Origin: an uncultured Acidobacteriota bacterium
Lineage (GTDB): Bacteria; Acidobacteriota; Terriglobia; UBA7540
DNA length: 64,000 nt
NCBI GenBank assembly: GCA_963804995.1
Contig: CAWDSK010000006.1
Span: 928,001-992,000, forward strand
Direction: 5' to 3'
Numbering within the stretch: the first letter of the stretch is position 1; every line of letters begins with the position of its first letter. This document shows positions 29,559-39,476 of this stretch, in pieces. The notes beneath the pieces are model-generated. The model ran no database searches. It had not been told where the DNA came from and was given only the letters and a program-made list of their open reading frames with translations. Position numbers and translations under genes: made by a program.

Positions 29559-30737
29559 ATGATGAAGACCGCAGATGTCGTCGTAATTGGAGGAGGCATC
29601 AATGGAACGAGTACGGCTTACGCGCTTGCCCAACGCGGCGGTAAGAACATCCTGTTAATCGAGAAGGGTCATATCGCCTCGGGTCCGACCGGGCGTTCCA
29701 GCGGCGTGGTACGCCAACATTATTCCCACGAAACCCTGGCGTCCATGGCCCGGGACAGTGTCGAGGTCTGGAGGAATTTCGAGGAGAGGGTGGGGGGAGA
29801 TGCCGGCTTTGTCCCATGTGGGGTGGTCTTTTTCGCAGCCCAGGGAGAAAGCGCATCCTTGCGGAAAACCGCCGGCATGATGCAACGGATCGGGATTCAA
29901 ACCCAGCTCCTCTCCCGGGAGGACCTGGTAAAAATGGAGCCCGAGTTGTTTGCCGACGATATCGAGTGCGGCGCTTACGAACCGGAGGGAGGGTATGCAG
30001 ACCCGGCTCTTGCGGCTAACAGTTTTGCCGAGGCGGCGCGCCGGTGTGGAGTTGAGATCATGCAACGCACCAAGGTAGTCGGGTTGAAAGTGGAGAAAGG
30101 CTCGATCCAGGGTGTGGTAACCGATCGCGGCGAGATTTCAACCGGCTGCGTGGTTAACGTTGCCGGTCCCTGGGGAGCCGAAATCGCGGCGATGGCGGGA
30201 GTTCACATCCCGATGGCGCCCAGCAACCACCCCGTGGTGATTCTCGAACGGCCGCAACGTTGGTCGCAACCCACGCACGTCTGGGGAGACCTGGTCAACG
30301 GGTGGTACTTCAAGCCGGAGAGAGCCGCAGGAATTATGGTCGGCTCGATCCTGGATATCCACAACGAGGAACCCAAAGTCATCGAGGACTTCCCCACCAC
30401 TCCCAGCTTCGCGGAAGTCGAAGCCTATTCCGCCGGCATTCTGAAACGCTTTCCCATCATGAAAGACGGACTCCACCAAGGCGGCTGGTGCGGAGTCTAT
30501 GACGTTACCCCGGATTGGCAGCCCGTCATCGATAAGATTGCCGAGGCAAACGGTTTTTATTGTGCCGTGGGCTTTAGTGGGCATGGCTTTAAGATCGGGC
30601 CTGCCGTGGGCCAAATTGTTGCAGAGCTTGTTCTGGACGGGAAATGCAGCCGCTACGACATCCATCTGTTCCGGCACGGACGCTTCGCCGAGAAGCACTC
30701 CAGCCGCGGAAGCTATGCCTACGGAATTATCGGTTGA
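29559..30737 (+). CDS. FAD-binding oxidoreductase (DAO/sarcosine oxidase beta-like)
   Basis: VVIGGGING, TGRSSGVVR, AGPW, YDVTPDWQP, GFSGHGFK. Confidence 0.9.
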   Translation: MMKTADVVVIGGGINGTSTAYALAQRGGKNILLIEKGHIASGPTGRSSGVVRQHYSHETLASMARDSVEVWRNFEERVGGDAGFVPCGVVFFAAQGESASLRKTAGMMQRIGIQTQLLSREDLVKMEPELFADDIECGAYEPEGGYADPALAANSFAEAARRCGVEIMQRTKVVGLKVEKGSIQGVVTDRGEISTGCVVNVAGPWGAEIAAMAGVHIPMAPSNHPVVILERPQRWSQPTHVWGDLVNGWYFKPERAAGIMVGSILDIHNEEPKVIEDFPTTPSFAEVEAYSAGILKRFPIMKDGLHQGGWCGVYDVTPDWQPVIDKIAEANGFYCAVGFSGHGFKIGPAVGQIVAELVLDGKCSRYDIHLFRHGRFAEKHSSRGSYAYGIIG

Positions 30738-31034
30738 ACCGTGGCCCTCATTTTGATGAACGTCCACTCGTGGGTTAGCCTGTGGACTTGAGGTTGTTGT
30801 GCGGATCTTGTCCTTCGCCAAACGTCACGCGTGGGGCTACCGCATGGGACCGGTTCCTCTCCCTGTTTCGTGCCAAATATGACAGGCAGCTCGCGACGGC
30901 TCAGTTCTTATTTGTCTGCTTAACTCCCATGCTCACGTGGGGCCGGCATAGAAACTCGAGGACTGATTCCCACTCGTCAAATAGGATGCCGTGGCCGACC
31001 TCGGGGCTGTACTGGATCTCAGCGCCTGCGACAC

Positions 31035-32513
31035 TCAACCCCTCGGGGGGAGAGGGGGAGTGGGTGATGAACCGGACCCGCTGGCGGGAGGATTTGTTGG
31101 TGGGGCGGCTGAACTGCGCCCTCCTCGACGACGGTAGGCCATCGAGATCAAGGTGCGTTGTGAAAAAGGCAGAAGCGCAAGGGCCGGTACGCCGAGAAGT
31201 ACGATGCCTCCTAATCTGAGGAAAAGCAGCAGCGGCGAAAAGGCCCAAGCCAAATCCAAAACCAGGACCAGCGGGAAAAGGTAATGAAACAGGGGGCCGA
31301 GGTCTTCGTAGTCGAAGGCCACAGCCGCAAGAAGGTACAGATGGATTGTTGCCGCTGCACACAACGCGATTAGGGTAAATGTGACGACCGAAGACGCGTA
31401 AGGCAGCAGAAAAAGCGGCAAGCGGTGAGCCTTCTCGGGCAGATAGAAAAACGCCGCGGCGTACATCGCGAGATAACCGACCTGAACTGCGCAAAATTGA
31501 GCGAGGTACGGCCACCGCGGCGACGAGAGGATTACGGGGCCGTGATTTGGCGAAGAAATCGGAAGCTTGCTGAGGTCCGCGAGCAGTTCGCTCATCGATG
31601 GGTACCGTTCATCGGGCTGCTTCGAAAGGCATTTGCGCAGAATGCGGTCAAGTTCGACATACTGCGGTCCGTTGGTAGTTAGATTAGGCAAAGGGGGAGT
31701 GGGCATTTCCAGGACGCGCCTGCGTGAGGAATTGGAATCTTTCCCCGCAAACGGATTAAAACCGGCAGCCATTTCATACAAAACGAGCCCCAAGGAGTAG
31801 ACGTCGGTGCGGAAATCCACCGGCTTGGGAAAGGCCTGCTCGGGAGACATGTAATCAGGTGTGCCAATAACCATCGCCGCCGACTTGGTGATGTCCGTGA
31901 TCGTCGTTTCACCGCCCTCAACTTGGGCCGATTGGGAAACGACCTTGGCTTTCTTCGCCAAACCAAAATCCAGAATCTTCACGTGGCGGGATCCATCCGG
32001 TTGACTCACCAGCATCAGGTTCTTGGGTTTGAGGTCACGATGAATAAATCCCTTCGCATGCGCGGCCGCCAAGGCTTTCGCGGTTTGGATGCCGATGTCC
32101 AGAACCTGGTCAAGCGCAAACGCTTCCTCATCCAGCCGGGCGTTCAGGGTGTCTCCTTCCACAAACTCGTAAACGATAAAAACCATTTCATGGCCATCAT
32201 CGTAGATGTCGATGGCTCGCACGATGGCAGGATGATTTATGACGTTCCCGGCTTGGACTTCAAGGGCGATACGCTTGCGGAATTGCGGGTTGCGGAGGAG
32301 CTCCGATTTGATCCTCTTGAGCGCCACCGTGCATTTCAATTTCAGGTCATGAGCACAGTAAACTTCCCCCATCCCGCCGCTGTCAATCAGGCGCTCGATC
32401 CGGTAACGGCCTACCAGCACCTCTCCGGGAGAGAGTTTGCTCCCTGTGCGCTTGTCACTGTGATCAAGGCCAAGCTCAGGATCAACGTCTAGGGGGGAGT
32501 CGTCAATGTCCAC
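31035..32513 (-). CDS. Hanks-type Ser/Thr protein kinase with C-terminal multi-TM region
   Basis: SGGMGEVY, VALK, HRDLKPKN, DFGLAK, GTPDYMSPEQ, DVYSLG; about four hydrophobic helices at the C-terminus. Confidence 0.93.
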   Translation of the reverse strand: MDIDDSPLDVDPELGLDHSDKRTGSKLSPGEVLVGRYRIERLIDSGGMGEVYCAHDLKLKCTVALKRIKSELLRNPQFRKRIALEVQAGNVINHPAIVRAIDIYDDGHEMVFIVYEFVEGDTLNARLDEEAFALDQVLDIGIQTAKALAAAHAKGFIHRDLKPKNLMLVSQPDGSRHVKILDFGLAKKAKVVSQSAQVEGGETTITDITKSAAMVIGTPDYMSPEQAFPKPVDFRTDVYSLGLVLYEMAAGFNPFAGKDSNSSRRRVLEMPTPPLPNLTTNGPQYVELDRILRKCLSKQPDERYPSMSELLADLSKLPISSPNHGPVILSSPRWPYLAQFCAVQVGYLAMYAAAFFYLPEKAHRLPLFLLPYASSVVTFTLIALCAAATIHLYLLAAVAFDYEDLGPLFHYLFPLVLVLDLAWAFSPLLLFLRLGGIVLLGVPALALLPFSQRTLISMAYRRRGGRSSAAPPTNPPASGSGSSPTPPLPPRG

Positions 32514-33031
32514 TATGCGGGCCTCCCGGCGGCTGGGTAGGTCGTACTCGGGGGCTGGTTTCTCTACCTTCGACCTGGATGTTAACTCTCGGAGAGCCGG
32601 CTGTAAAGGCGACCCTCAATTTGCTGCCTTTGCTTGAGCACGCCACCAGCCAAAACGGCACCGTTCAGCGGAGTCGTCCAGCTGACACTTAACTCCAGAG
32701 CACCTGTGGCGCAGCTCCGGCAGTCGATGGTTGGAGTAAACTGGAAGCCAGTCCGGGCAGCAAGTGCAGGGTTGTCCTGACACTTGGGGAATACGGGGCG
32801 GCGGCCCGTGTCGCTTCCCAACGCGCAGGAGGACGCGCTTCTTCATCAAATGAAGGGATTGCACACTCCCCACCCTCCCTCCTGAATGGACTGAGAATTG
32901 CTCAACCTGCAATAGCAACGTGAGCCGGGAGAATCGCCATGGTCCGTGCTCATTCCCGAATCAAAACAGAAGACCGAGGCCGACGCTGCCACCTTACGCT
33001 AAGGCGTCCATCCGGGTGGAGATAAATTGCC

Positions 33032-33898
33032 ATGAAACACTTACCTCGCTTGCCTAAGGGGCTCGCCCCCTGCATATTCGCAATGATGTTGGTCATCCCG
33101 ACTCCCCAACTGCTCGGCACGGATTTGAAACCGCAGACACTCGCAAGCTTCGCGCACTACGTCGAGCTCACCGAAACTCGCATCGACACAGAATTGAAGC
33201 GGCCCGGCCAGTTCCTCTACGTGGACGGCCTCCCCGAGGCGCGGCGTGGGCAGGTTCTGAACTTACTCCATAACGGCGAGATTTTCATCGAACCGCTCTC
33301 CACGCCCGAAGCCTCCGGCAAGGCGATTGTTCCACCCGGGGGAATGTTCCACCACTGGCTGGGCGCGGTGTTTGTCCCCGGCGCAAACCTGAGGCAAACC
33401 ATGGAACTGGTGGAAGACTACAATCGCCATCAGGACATCTACAAACCGGAAGTGGTGGGCTCGAAACTGGTCAGCCGGAATGGGGATGACTTCAAGATTT
33501 TTTACCGCCTCAGGAAGAAGAAAGTGATCACCGTGACCCTGAACAGCGATCATGATGTGCACTACTTTCCGGTCGACTCCACACATTGTTACAGCCATTC
33601 CTACTCAACGCGGATCGCCGAAGTCGCAGATGCTGACACGCCCCAGGAGCACGAAAAGCCCATTGGCCATGACGGGGGATTCCTCTGGCGGATCAACTCC
33701 TATTGGCGCTTCGAAGAGAACGACGGAGGCATGTACATCGAGTGTGAGTCCATCTCCCTGACGCGCGGCTTGCCACCCTTCATCGGGATGATTATCAAGG
33801 GGTTTGTAACGGAAATTCCCCGTGAGTCGCTGATGATGACCATGGGTTCAACGCGCTCAGCGCTCCTGGAGAGAGTCCAAGCTATGGGGCAGCACTAA
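33032..33898 (+). CDS. Exported hypothetical protein
   Basis: GGAG RBS, signal peptide and protein-like composition (HHWLG.VF, FLWRINSYWRFEE). Confidence 0.75.
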   Translation: MKHLPRLPKGLAPCIFAMMLVIPTPQLLGTDLKPQTLASFAHYVELTETRIDTELKRPGQFLYVDGLPEARRGQVLNLLHNGEIFIEPLSTPEASGKAIVPPGGMFHHWLGAVFVPGANLRQTMELVEDYNRHQDIYKPEVVGSKLVSRNGDDFKIFYRLRKKKVITVTLNSDHDVHYFPVDSTHCYSHSYSTRIAEVADADTPQEHEKPIGHDGGFLWRINSYWRFEENDGGMYIECESISLTRGLPPFIGMIIKGFVTEIPRESLMMTMGSTRSALLERVQAMGQH

Positions 33899-34187
33899 GA
33901 ACTCACGCCTGGGTCAATACGAAGCATCCTTCCCTGCTATCGATCGCCTTTTGCGTTCCTCTGCGCTTTTCGTTGTTTAGCATTAATAAACACATGAACG
34001 TACGCTGTATTTAGAGCCGTGGAGTAGTGCTGAAATACGCACACCTCCGCGCTACCGGACTTGATGCGAAAGACCTCCGAGGTCAACGATGGGGGCTGCG
34101 CATGGATTGGGTAGGGTGAATCTGAGGAAGAGCCGCCGACCTCAACCCCGGAGGTCTGCGCTACGATTGGCAGGCCGGCGGGTCAAA

Positions 34188-36293
34188 TTACTGCTGCTTG
34201 TCTTCGGGTTTCTTCTCTTCCTTCTTTGGCGGAGGTGGCTTTTGCGCCGGCGGCGGAGTTTGGTGTTGCGGCTGCGCCTGCGGTCGAACCGGCGGCGGAG
34301 CGCGTTCTTCTCTTACTGCCGGAGGAGCCTGGCGTACCGGAGGCTGAACCTGCTCACGGACCGGTGGCGCCGGGCGTACCGGGGGTTGAACCTGCTCACG
34401 GACTGGAGGCTCCGGGCGTACCGGAGGCTGAACCTGCTCACGGACCGGTGGCGCCGGGCGTACCGGGGGTTGAACCTGCTCACGGACCGGTGGTGCCGGG
34501 CGTACTGGGGGTTGAACCTGCTCACGGACTGGAGGCGCCGGGCGTACCGGGGGTTGAACCTGCTCACGGACCGGAGGCGCCGGGCGTCCCGGGGGTTGAA
34601 CCTGCTCACGGATCGGAGGAATATTCTGCGGCCGGCCGGCCGGGACGGGTTGGGTATGAAGGTTCTGGTTAGGCAGCTTTTCCGGACCAGTTTGGGGCTC
34701 GAACCGGGCGCTGGGCAAAGGTGGGCGCGGGACCGGGGCGCACGGTCGGCGTGACCGGATGAACCTGTTGCGCGTTGATCGGCTGGACCTGGAAGCGTCC
34801 TGGCGCCGGGTTATGGCCGACGGACTGGGAACGCAAGGTCTGTATTTGCGCCGGCGCTACCGGGGTCCCGGGATGCTCCTGCAACATCTGTTGCTTGGCG
34901 GCGAACGGAACCGCACGCGGAGGGGGAGCGAGTTTGGCAACTGCGGGACGATTGGCAAGAGCCGCCGGAGGCGCAACCGCGGCACGGCCACTGCTACTCG
35001 CAAGCACGCTCTCCCGTTGCGGCGCTACTCTGGGCGCGGCTCCGATCACTTCCGCCTGGCGCATCTGGTTGGCGTCGACGCGAACCCCGGCGCGCTGGAC
35101 AGGCTGAGCCGAGGCGAAAGAATTCTGAGGCATCGCCACGATAGCATTACGATTCACATAGTTGATGTTGGTGACGTTGATGTTGGTCACATTGATGTTT
35201 GTAATCCGCGTATTGGTGACGTTCACCCGGCGGACGTAATCCTCTGACACATGATACGAGGGGTAGTATGCTTCGCGGGGGCCGAGTGGGAACCAGCCGA
35301 CGAGACCGCCGCCCCCACCGCCTCTCGACACACCTGCGCTGAATCCTCCCCCGCCGACGAAAGCCACCAGCGCCGGAGCATAATAGACGCGCGCTGAAAC
35401 CGCGCCGGGGCACCAGCTCCAACTGTTATTGACATACGCCCAGCGTCCATAGTGAAACGGCGCGAAGCCCCAGGGTTCATTGTCCACCCAGGTCCAGCCC
35501 CAGGGTTCGACCCAAGCCCATTGCCCATCGTGATAGGGGGTCCAGCCCGCCGCCACGCGCGGAGTCCATACAGGTCCGTAGTCCGCCGTGTTGTGCCAAT
35601 CGCCATGGGCATTCAGATCTTCATAGCCGACCATGTCGGGTGAGACGTAGCGGGACGGGGGACGTTTCCCAGGTGGTCCCGCGAAGAGACGAAAGAATCG
35701 AAATCGTCCGGCTGGTTTGCAGCCTGAACGTCAGGCGGGTTGCCGGAGTTGTCGAAGTATGCTGTCTGGCCGGAATGAACGGGAAAGCTCTGGTTGTTGG
35801 CGGTTACTTCAATGTCGCCCGCACGCACAGTAATCATCGTGGCGTTGCGAGAGGTATCGGTGTCGACGCGGTATTCGCCTGTGCGCAGGAGAGTGATGGC
35901 GCCGTTGGGAGTGTCGACCTCCCAGGATTCCCCATCAAAGAGGTGACGTACGTGCAGGCTCAGACTGCCGGCGTTTATGCTGGTCTGAACGACGTTATCG
36001 CTCAGGTTCACGAACTGGAAATTGGTGCCAGAGTCCAGGCGGATGGAATTCTGCCCGATCCGCAGCACGGCACGCGCGCCGTTATCGGTATAGAGATTGT
36101 CGCCGGTGGTCATCGGGTAATTCAGCGATGCGTCGGCCCATCCGTCCACGCTGGCGGGCTCGAACGATACGGGACCGTTGATATACGCGATGCGGGCTAC
36201 GCGCGAGGGCGGATCCGCATCCTGCGCTGCCGCGATGCCGGAAACAGCGAGGAGTGCGGCTAGGACTGATACACACAAGAGCAAATTTTTCAT
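34188..36293 (-). CDS. FecR/DUF6600 domain exported protein with Pro-rich repeat tail; split by two frameshifts (~35660 and ~34695)
   Basis: ORF 35613-36293 (DPPSRVAR, FecR-like), ORF 34669-35634 (YEDL..G.W, GWTWV..EPWGFAPFHYGRW) and ORF 34188-34718 (Pro-rich) are collinear parts of one typical protein. Confidence 0.8.
34328..34618 (-). repeat. 42-nt coding tandem repeat x7 (PVREQVQPPVRPAP)
   Basis: CCTGCTCACGGA recurs every 42 nt from 34349 to 34601. Confidence 0.92.
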
Positions 36294-36865
36294 TTCAGGA
36301 CCTTTCCGGGTCGGCCGGCCAATAAATGCAGCGAAATCGCCAGAATGGAGTAAGTGGTCACCCGATCAGCATTTAAGCGGGACAAAATGCATCCTAATAC
36401 CCTCGGGCGGAGACTGTCTGTTCGATATTGCTCACGTGAGGAGAACTAAGCGACCTTGGATGAGTGACGAGAAACGGGTGGGATGACACTAACATATGTT
36501 GCGCGGCCTGGGCTTCTTCGCATTCATCTGCCACGGTTTTCAAAGAAGTGCAACTCCCTGACTCCCCGGAAGCCCCTTCGAAGAAGTTGGTGATGGCGTA
36601 GCGCTCGCTTGGATTGATTGCGGGTCGTAGTGTAGACCACCACACCTCAAGTCCAGGATGGTCGGGTACTCAAAAACAAACCCAGTGCGGTGCGGCTCCT
36701 CATCTTGCTCTGGTGGTCACATGGACGTTCTAGTCGCCGAACCGTAGATGTGGCGCCCACGCTCGCCTGCGGATTCCTGACATACCCGGAAGCTGCCGGA
36801 CAGGGGAAGTGCCGCATGGGTCGCCGGGAATAATCGAACTTCTGAAACCGCGGCCTGGCACCCAG

Positions 36866-36987
36866 CAGGTTGATGAAAAACGAAGTAGCGGCGGGTTTAC
36901 CCCGCCATCCCAGCCCGCGATCGCTTGGCATAAAATGGCGGGGTAAACCCGCCGCTACGCCGCACCGGAAGGGTTTTTCAGCAGCCC
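36866..36987. mobile_element. MITE-like element carrying a REP family A doublet
   Basis: Ends CAGGTTGATGAAAAA and TTTTTCAGCAGCC; homologous to 58007-58129. Confidence 0.6.
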
Positions 36988-37299
36988 CATGCCCCTATCC
37001 CCCAATCCCGAATCCTTCGTTTCCCCGCCCCCGCCGTGACACACTTCAAGAGCAGTGACCAGTGACTAGTGGCGAGTGGCGAGAGGAAACCCAAACCCAA
37101 GGCGGGAAGGAAATCAGTACCCAAATCCTAGCGGGAGACGCCCCACGCTGACAACTCGCAGCCGGCAGCTCACAATTTGTCCCCAGCCCCCCCTATTCCC
37201 TCGTTCCCCCATTCCCACCGTGAACACTCCCCCGCTTCGGTTATCGGTGGGATCGACGCCAAGGATGAGGCAAATTGAGTGGCCGGTAACAAGAAGCTT

Positions 37300-37370
37300 G
37301 CCCCCTCACCCGTCGCGCTCCGGCTGGTAAAAGCGCCGGCAGCGCGCCACCCTCTCCCCTCGGAGAGGGC
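37300..37370. repeat. Palindromic repeat CCCCCTCACCC...CCCTCTCCCC..GGAGAGGG; related inverted copy at 44450-44526
   Basis: Clear similarity to the reverse complement of ~44467-44526. Confidence 0.6.
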
Positions 37371-37562
37371 TATGAATTCTTGCTTGGGCTGATGGAGCGA
37401 TCACCCGACCACCGGATCACCCGAACTCCCGATTACCTACCTCCGCCGTGACACACTTCCCCGTATCGGTTATCGGCAGGTTGGTACCCAAACGTGAGCC
37501 AGAATTCGGCTCGAAGTTCGGCTCGAAGTTTGACAATCACCAATTCGTTCCATCGCAAAATC

Positions 37563-37665
37563 CATCAATGAACCGATGATCCAATGAATCAATGAATCAA
37601 AGATCCGATCGCCCAATGATTCAATGAATCAATGATTCAATGAACCAATGGCCCCATCGCCCGAT
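37563..37665. repeat. Degenerate octamer simple repeat (CAATGAAT-like)
   Basis: caatgaac cgatgatc caatgaat caatgaat ... caatgatt caatgaat caatgatt caatgaac. Confidence 0.75.
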
Positions 37666-37675
37666 CGCCAGCCCC

Positions 37676-39184
37676 TCACTTCTCCGACCTCCGCTCGTAC
37701 AGCACGCACATCTTATCGCTATAAACTTTCTTCCATTCCGGCGAAGCTTCGAGGAAGGTCGCGAGCCCTTCCCCGGGGGGGATGAGGCAGGATCGCAAGT
37801 GATACTTTTGGAGCAGCCAGGGAGTATTCGGGTGGACATGCATCATCTGAAGATAGTCCGTGAAGACGCCGGCGTATTCATAGATGTCGATCCGGCAGTC
37901 CATGAATACCCGCTGCTCCGGGCCCAGCGCATAAAGCAGGTAACCACCCCAGGTGAGGTCGTTCAGCATCGGCCGGGGGGGTGGGTGTCTGCGCAGAAAG
38001 TCGACGGCCCCCTGCGGATTATGGTCAGCTATGATGCGCTCGAGTTTTTCCTGCGCGGGGAAACCTTGGATGATTCCCAACGCAAGGCAGGCGATGATCA
38101 GAGCATTCAGGGCGGGAAGATCTTTGCGGGGCTCGTAGTTGGGCACCCAACCGTCCAGCAGGCTCGCCAGGAGCGGCGCAAAAACAATTGCGAAGAGGGG
38201 AAGGGCCCGGGCATGGAAGGCGGTCATGGCCACTGCCAAACAAAAGAGCGTCAATTCCTCGATGCGGACGGGCGGCTGGAAAATCGCCACCGCCGCGATG
38301 AAGAGCAGCAGGAAGGCCAGAAAGAGTTGGCCATGCCAGACGTTCAGCGGGATCGACTGCCAACTCAACATGGTCGAGATCATCTCCGGCTGCAGGAAGA
38401 AGACTTGCCCGGGATAGGTGAGCAGGCGCGGGCCGTAGGGTGTGACACAGCAAGCCCCGAGCGACACTAGCGTCACCGCCGCCATTTGAATGCGTTCGTC
38501 GACCGCCCAGCGCTCCGCTCGCAGGCATCCCACGCGCAGGTCCACCAGCCCGCCCAGCCAGTAAATCCCCACGGCAATCAAACCGAATACAAAGGTGCCG
38601 TGCGTATTGACCCAAAAGAGAAACACCAACGGAAGCAACCAAAGCGCCGCGCGACGGCCCTGGCGGAAAAGTTCCAGCAAGATCAGCGTGATGACCAGAA
38701 ATACGTAACCGAAAAGTTGGGGATGCAGAGTGAACCAGACTCCCTCGAGCGGCAGAATCAGCACCGTGGCCACAAAGGCCGCCTTGGAATTCCGGCAACG
38801 GAGATAGGCGTAATAATAAATTAACAGGGTCATGCAACCGGCCAGGCCGGCCAGAAGCCCCATCCAGCCCCGCAGCCCCCCGGCATGCCCCACCCGCGCC
38901 AGGACCACGTCCGCCAGCCATTCGTACGCCATCCATTCCGTGCCCGGGGCCGTGAAGGAATAGGTATCGAGAGTCGGCCAGGTGTGCGTGCGGAGGATGC
39001 GCTGACCTACCACGTCGTGGAACCAGGCGTCGGGATCTACCTGGAACATCAGCGACACCAGGAAAGCTCCGAGAACCAACAGGGCGCCTAAAAGAATCGG
39101 ATAGGAAAACACTTTCCTCAGGAGCGCCCAGGATTGAGCGCGCTCGCCTGCCACCGGATTTTCACTTCTTTCGTGACTACTCAT
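37676..39184 (-). CDS. Probable GT-C membrane protein, DxWWH family, paralogue 2
   Basis: DPDAWFH, YSFTA, AYEWL, WVNTHG, TPYG, NDLTWGGYL, FMDCRIDIYE. Confidence 0.72.
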   Translation of the reverse strand: MSSHERSENPVAGERAQSWALLRKVFSYPILLGALLVLGAFLVSLMFQVDPDAWFHDVVGQRILRTHTWPTLDTYSFTAPGTEWMAYEWLADVVLARVGHAGGLRGWMGLLAGLAGCMTLLIYYYAYLRCRNSKAAFVATVLILPLEGVWFTLHPQLFGYVFLVITLILLELFRQGRRAALWLLPLVFLFWVNTHGTFVFGLIAVGIYWLGGLVDLRVGCLRAERWAVDERIQMAAVTLVSLGACCVTPYGPRLLTYPGQVFFLQPEMISTMLSWQSIPLNVWHGQLFLAFLLLFIAAVAIFQPPVRIEELTLFCLAVAMTAFHARALPLFAIVFAPLLASLLDGWVPNYEPRKDLPALNALIIACLALGIIQGFPAQEKLERIIADHNPQGAVDFLRRHPPPRPMLNDLTWGGYLLYALGPEQRVFMDCRIDIYEYAGVFTDYLQMMHVHPNTPWLLQKYHLRSCLIPPGEGLATFLEASPEWKKVYSDKMCVLYERRSEK

Positions 39185-39476
39185 GCTCTCCAGGTTGGAG
39201 CTTCGGACCGCTAGTAATCTCCCTGCGTCTCAACGAGGGGCGAGGAGGCTGTACTCCGCGTCAGCCACTTCCCTGCCCTATTTTTGCAGGTGTCCCACTC
39301 TCTTTCGTCAATGTGGGACTGTCCCAGATGTTGCTCTCCGCGGGGCATAGCGAGCGAGGTCCCACATCTTTCCCCATCTTCCCCCGTTTTATACGGGAAT
39401 TTTTCGCTACCCGCTCGAATCATACGAATGCATCGCAACAAATTTGAACGACGCCAGATTTCACCAGAACGCCGCG

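Noticed and set aside
32616..32918. Small Cys-rich ORF upstream of the kinase
   Set aside because: No motif or signal peptide, and a competing overlapping frame exists; cannot be supported.
34089..34754. Repetitive ORFs on other frames and the opposite strand over the 42-nt repeat
   Set aside because: By-products of a stop-free in-frame repeat; the Pro-rich minus-strand frame continues the DUF6600 gene.
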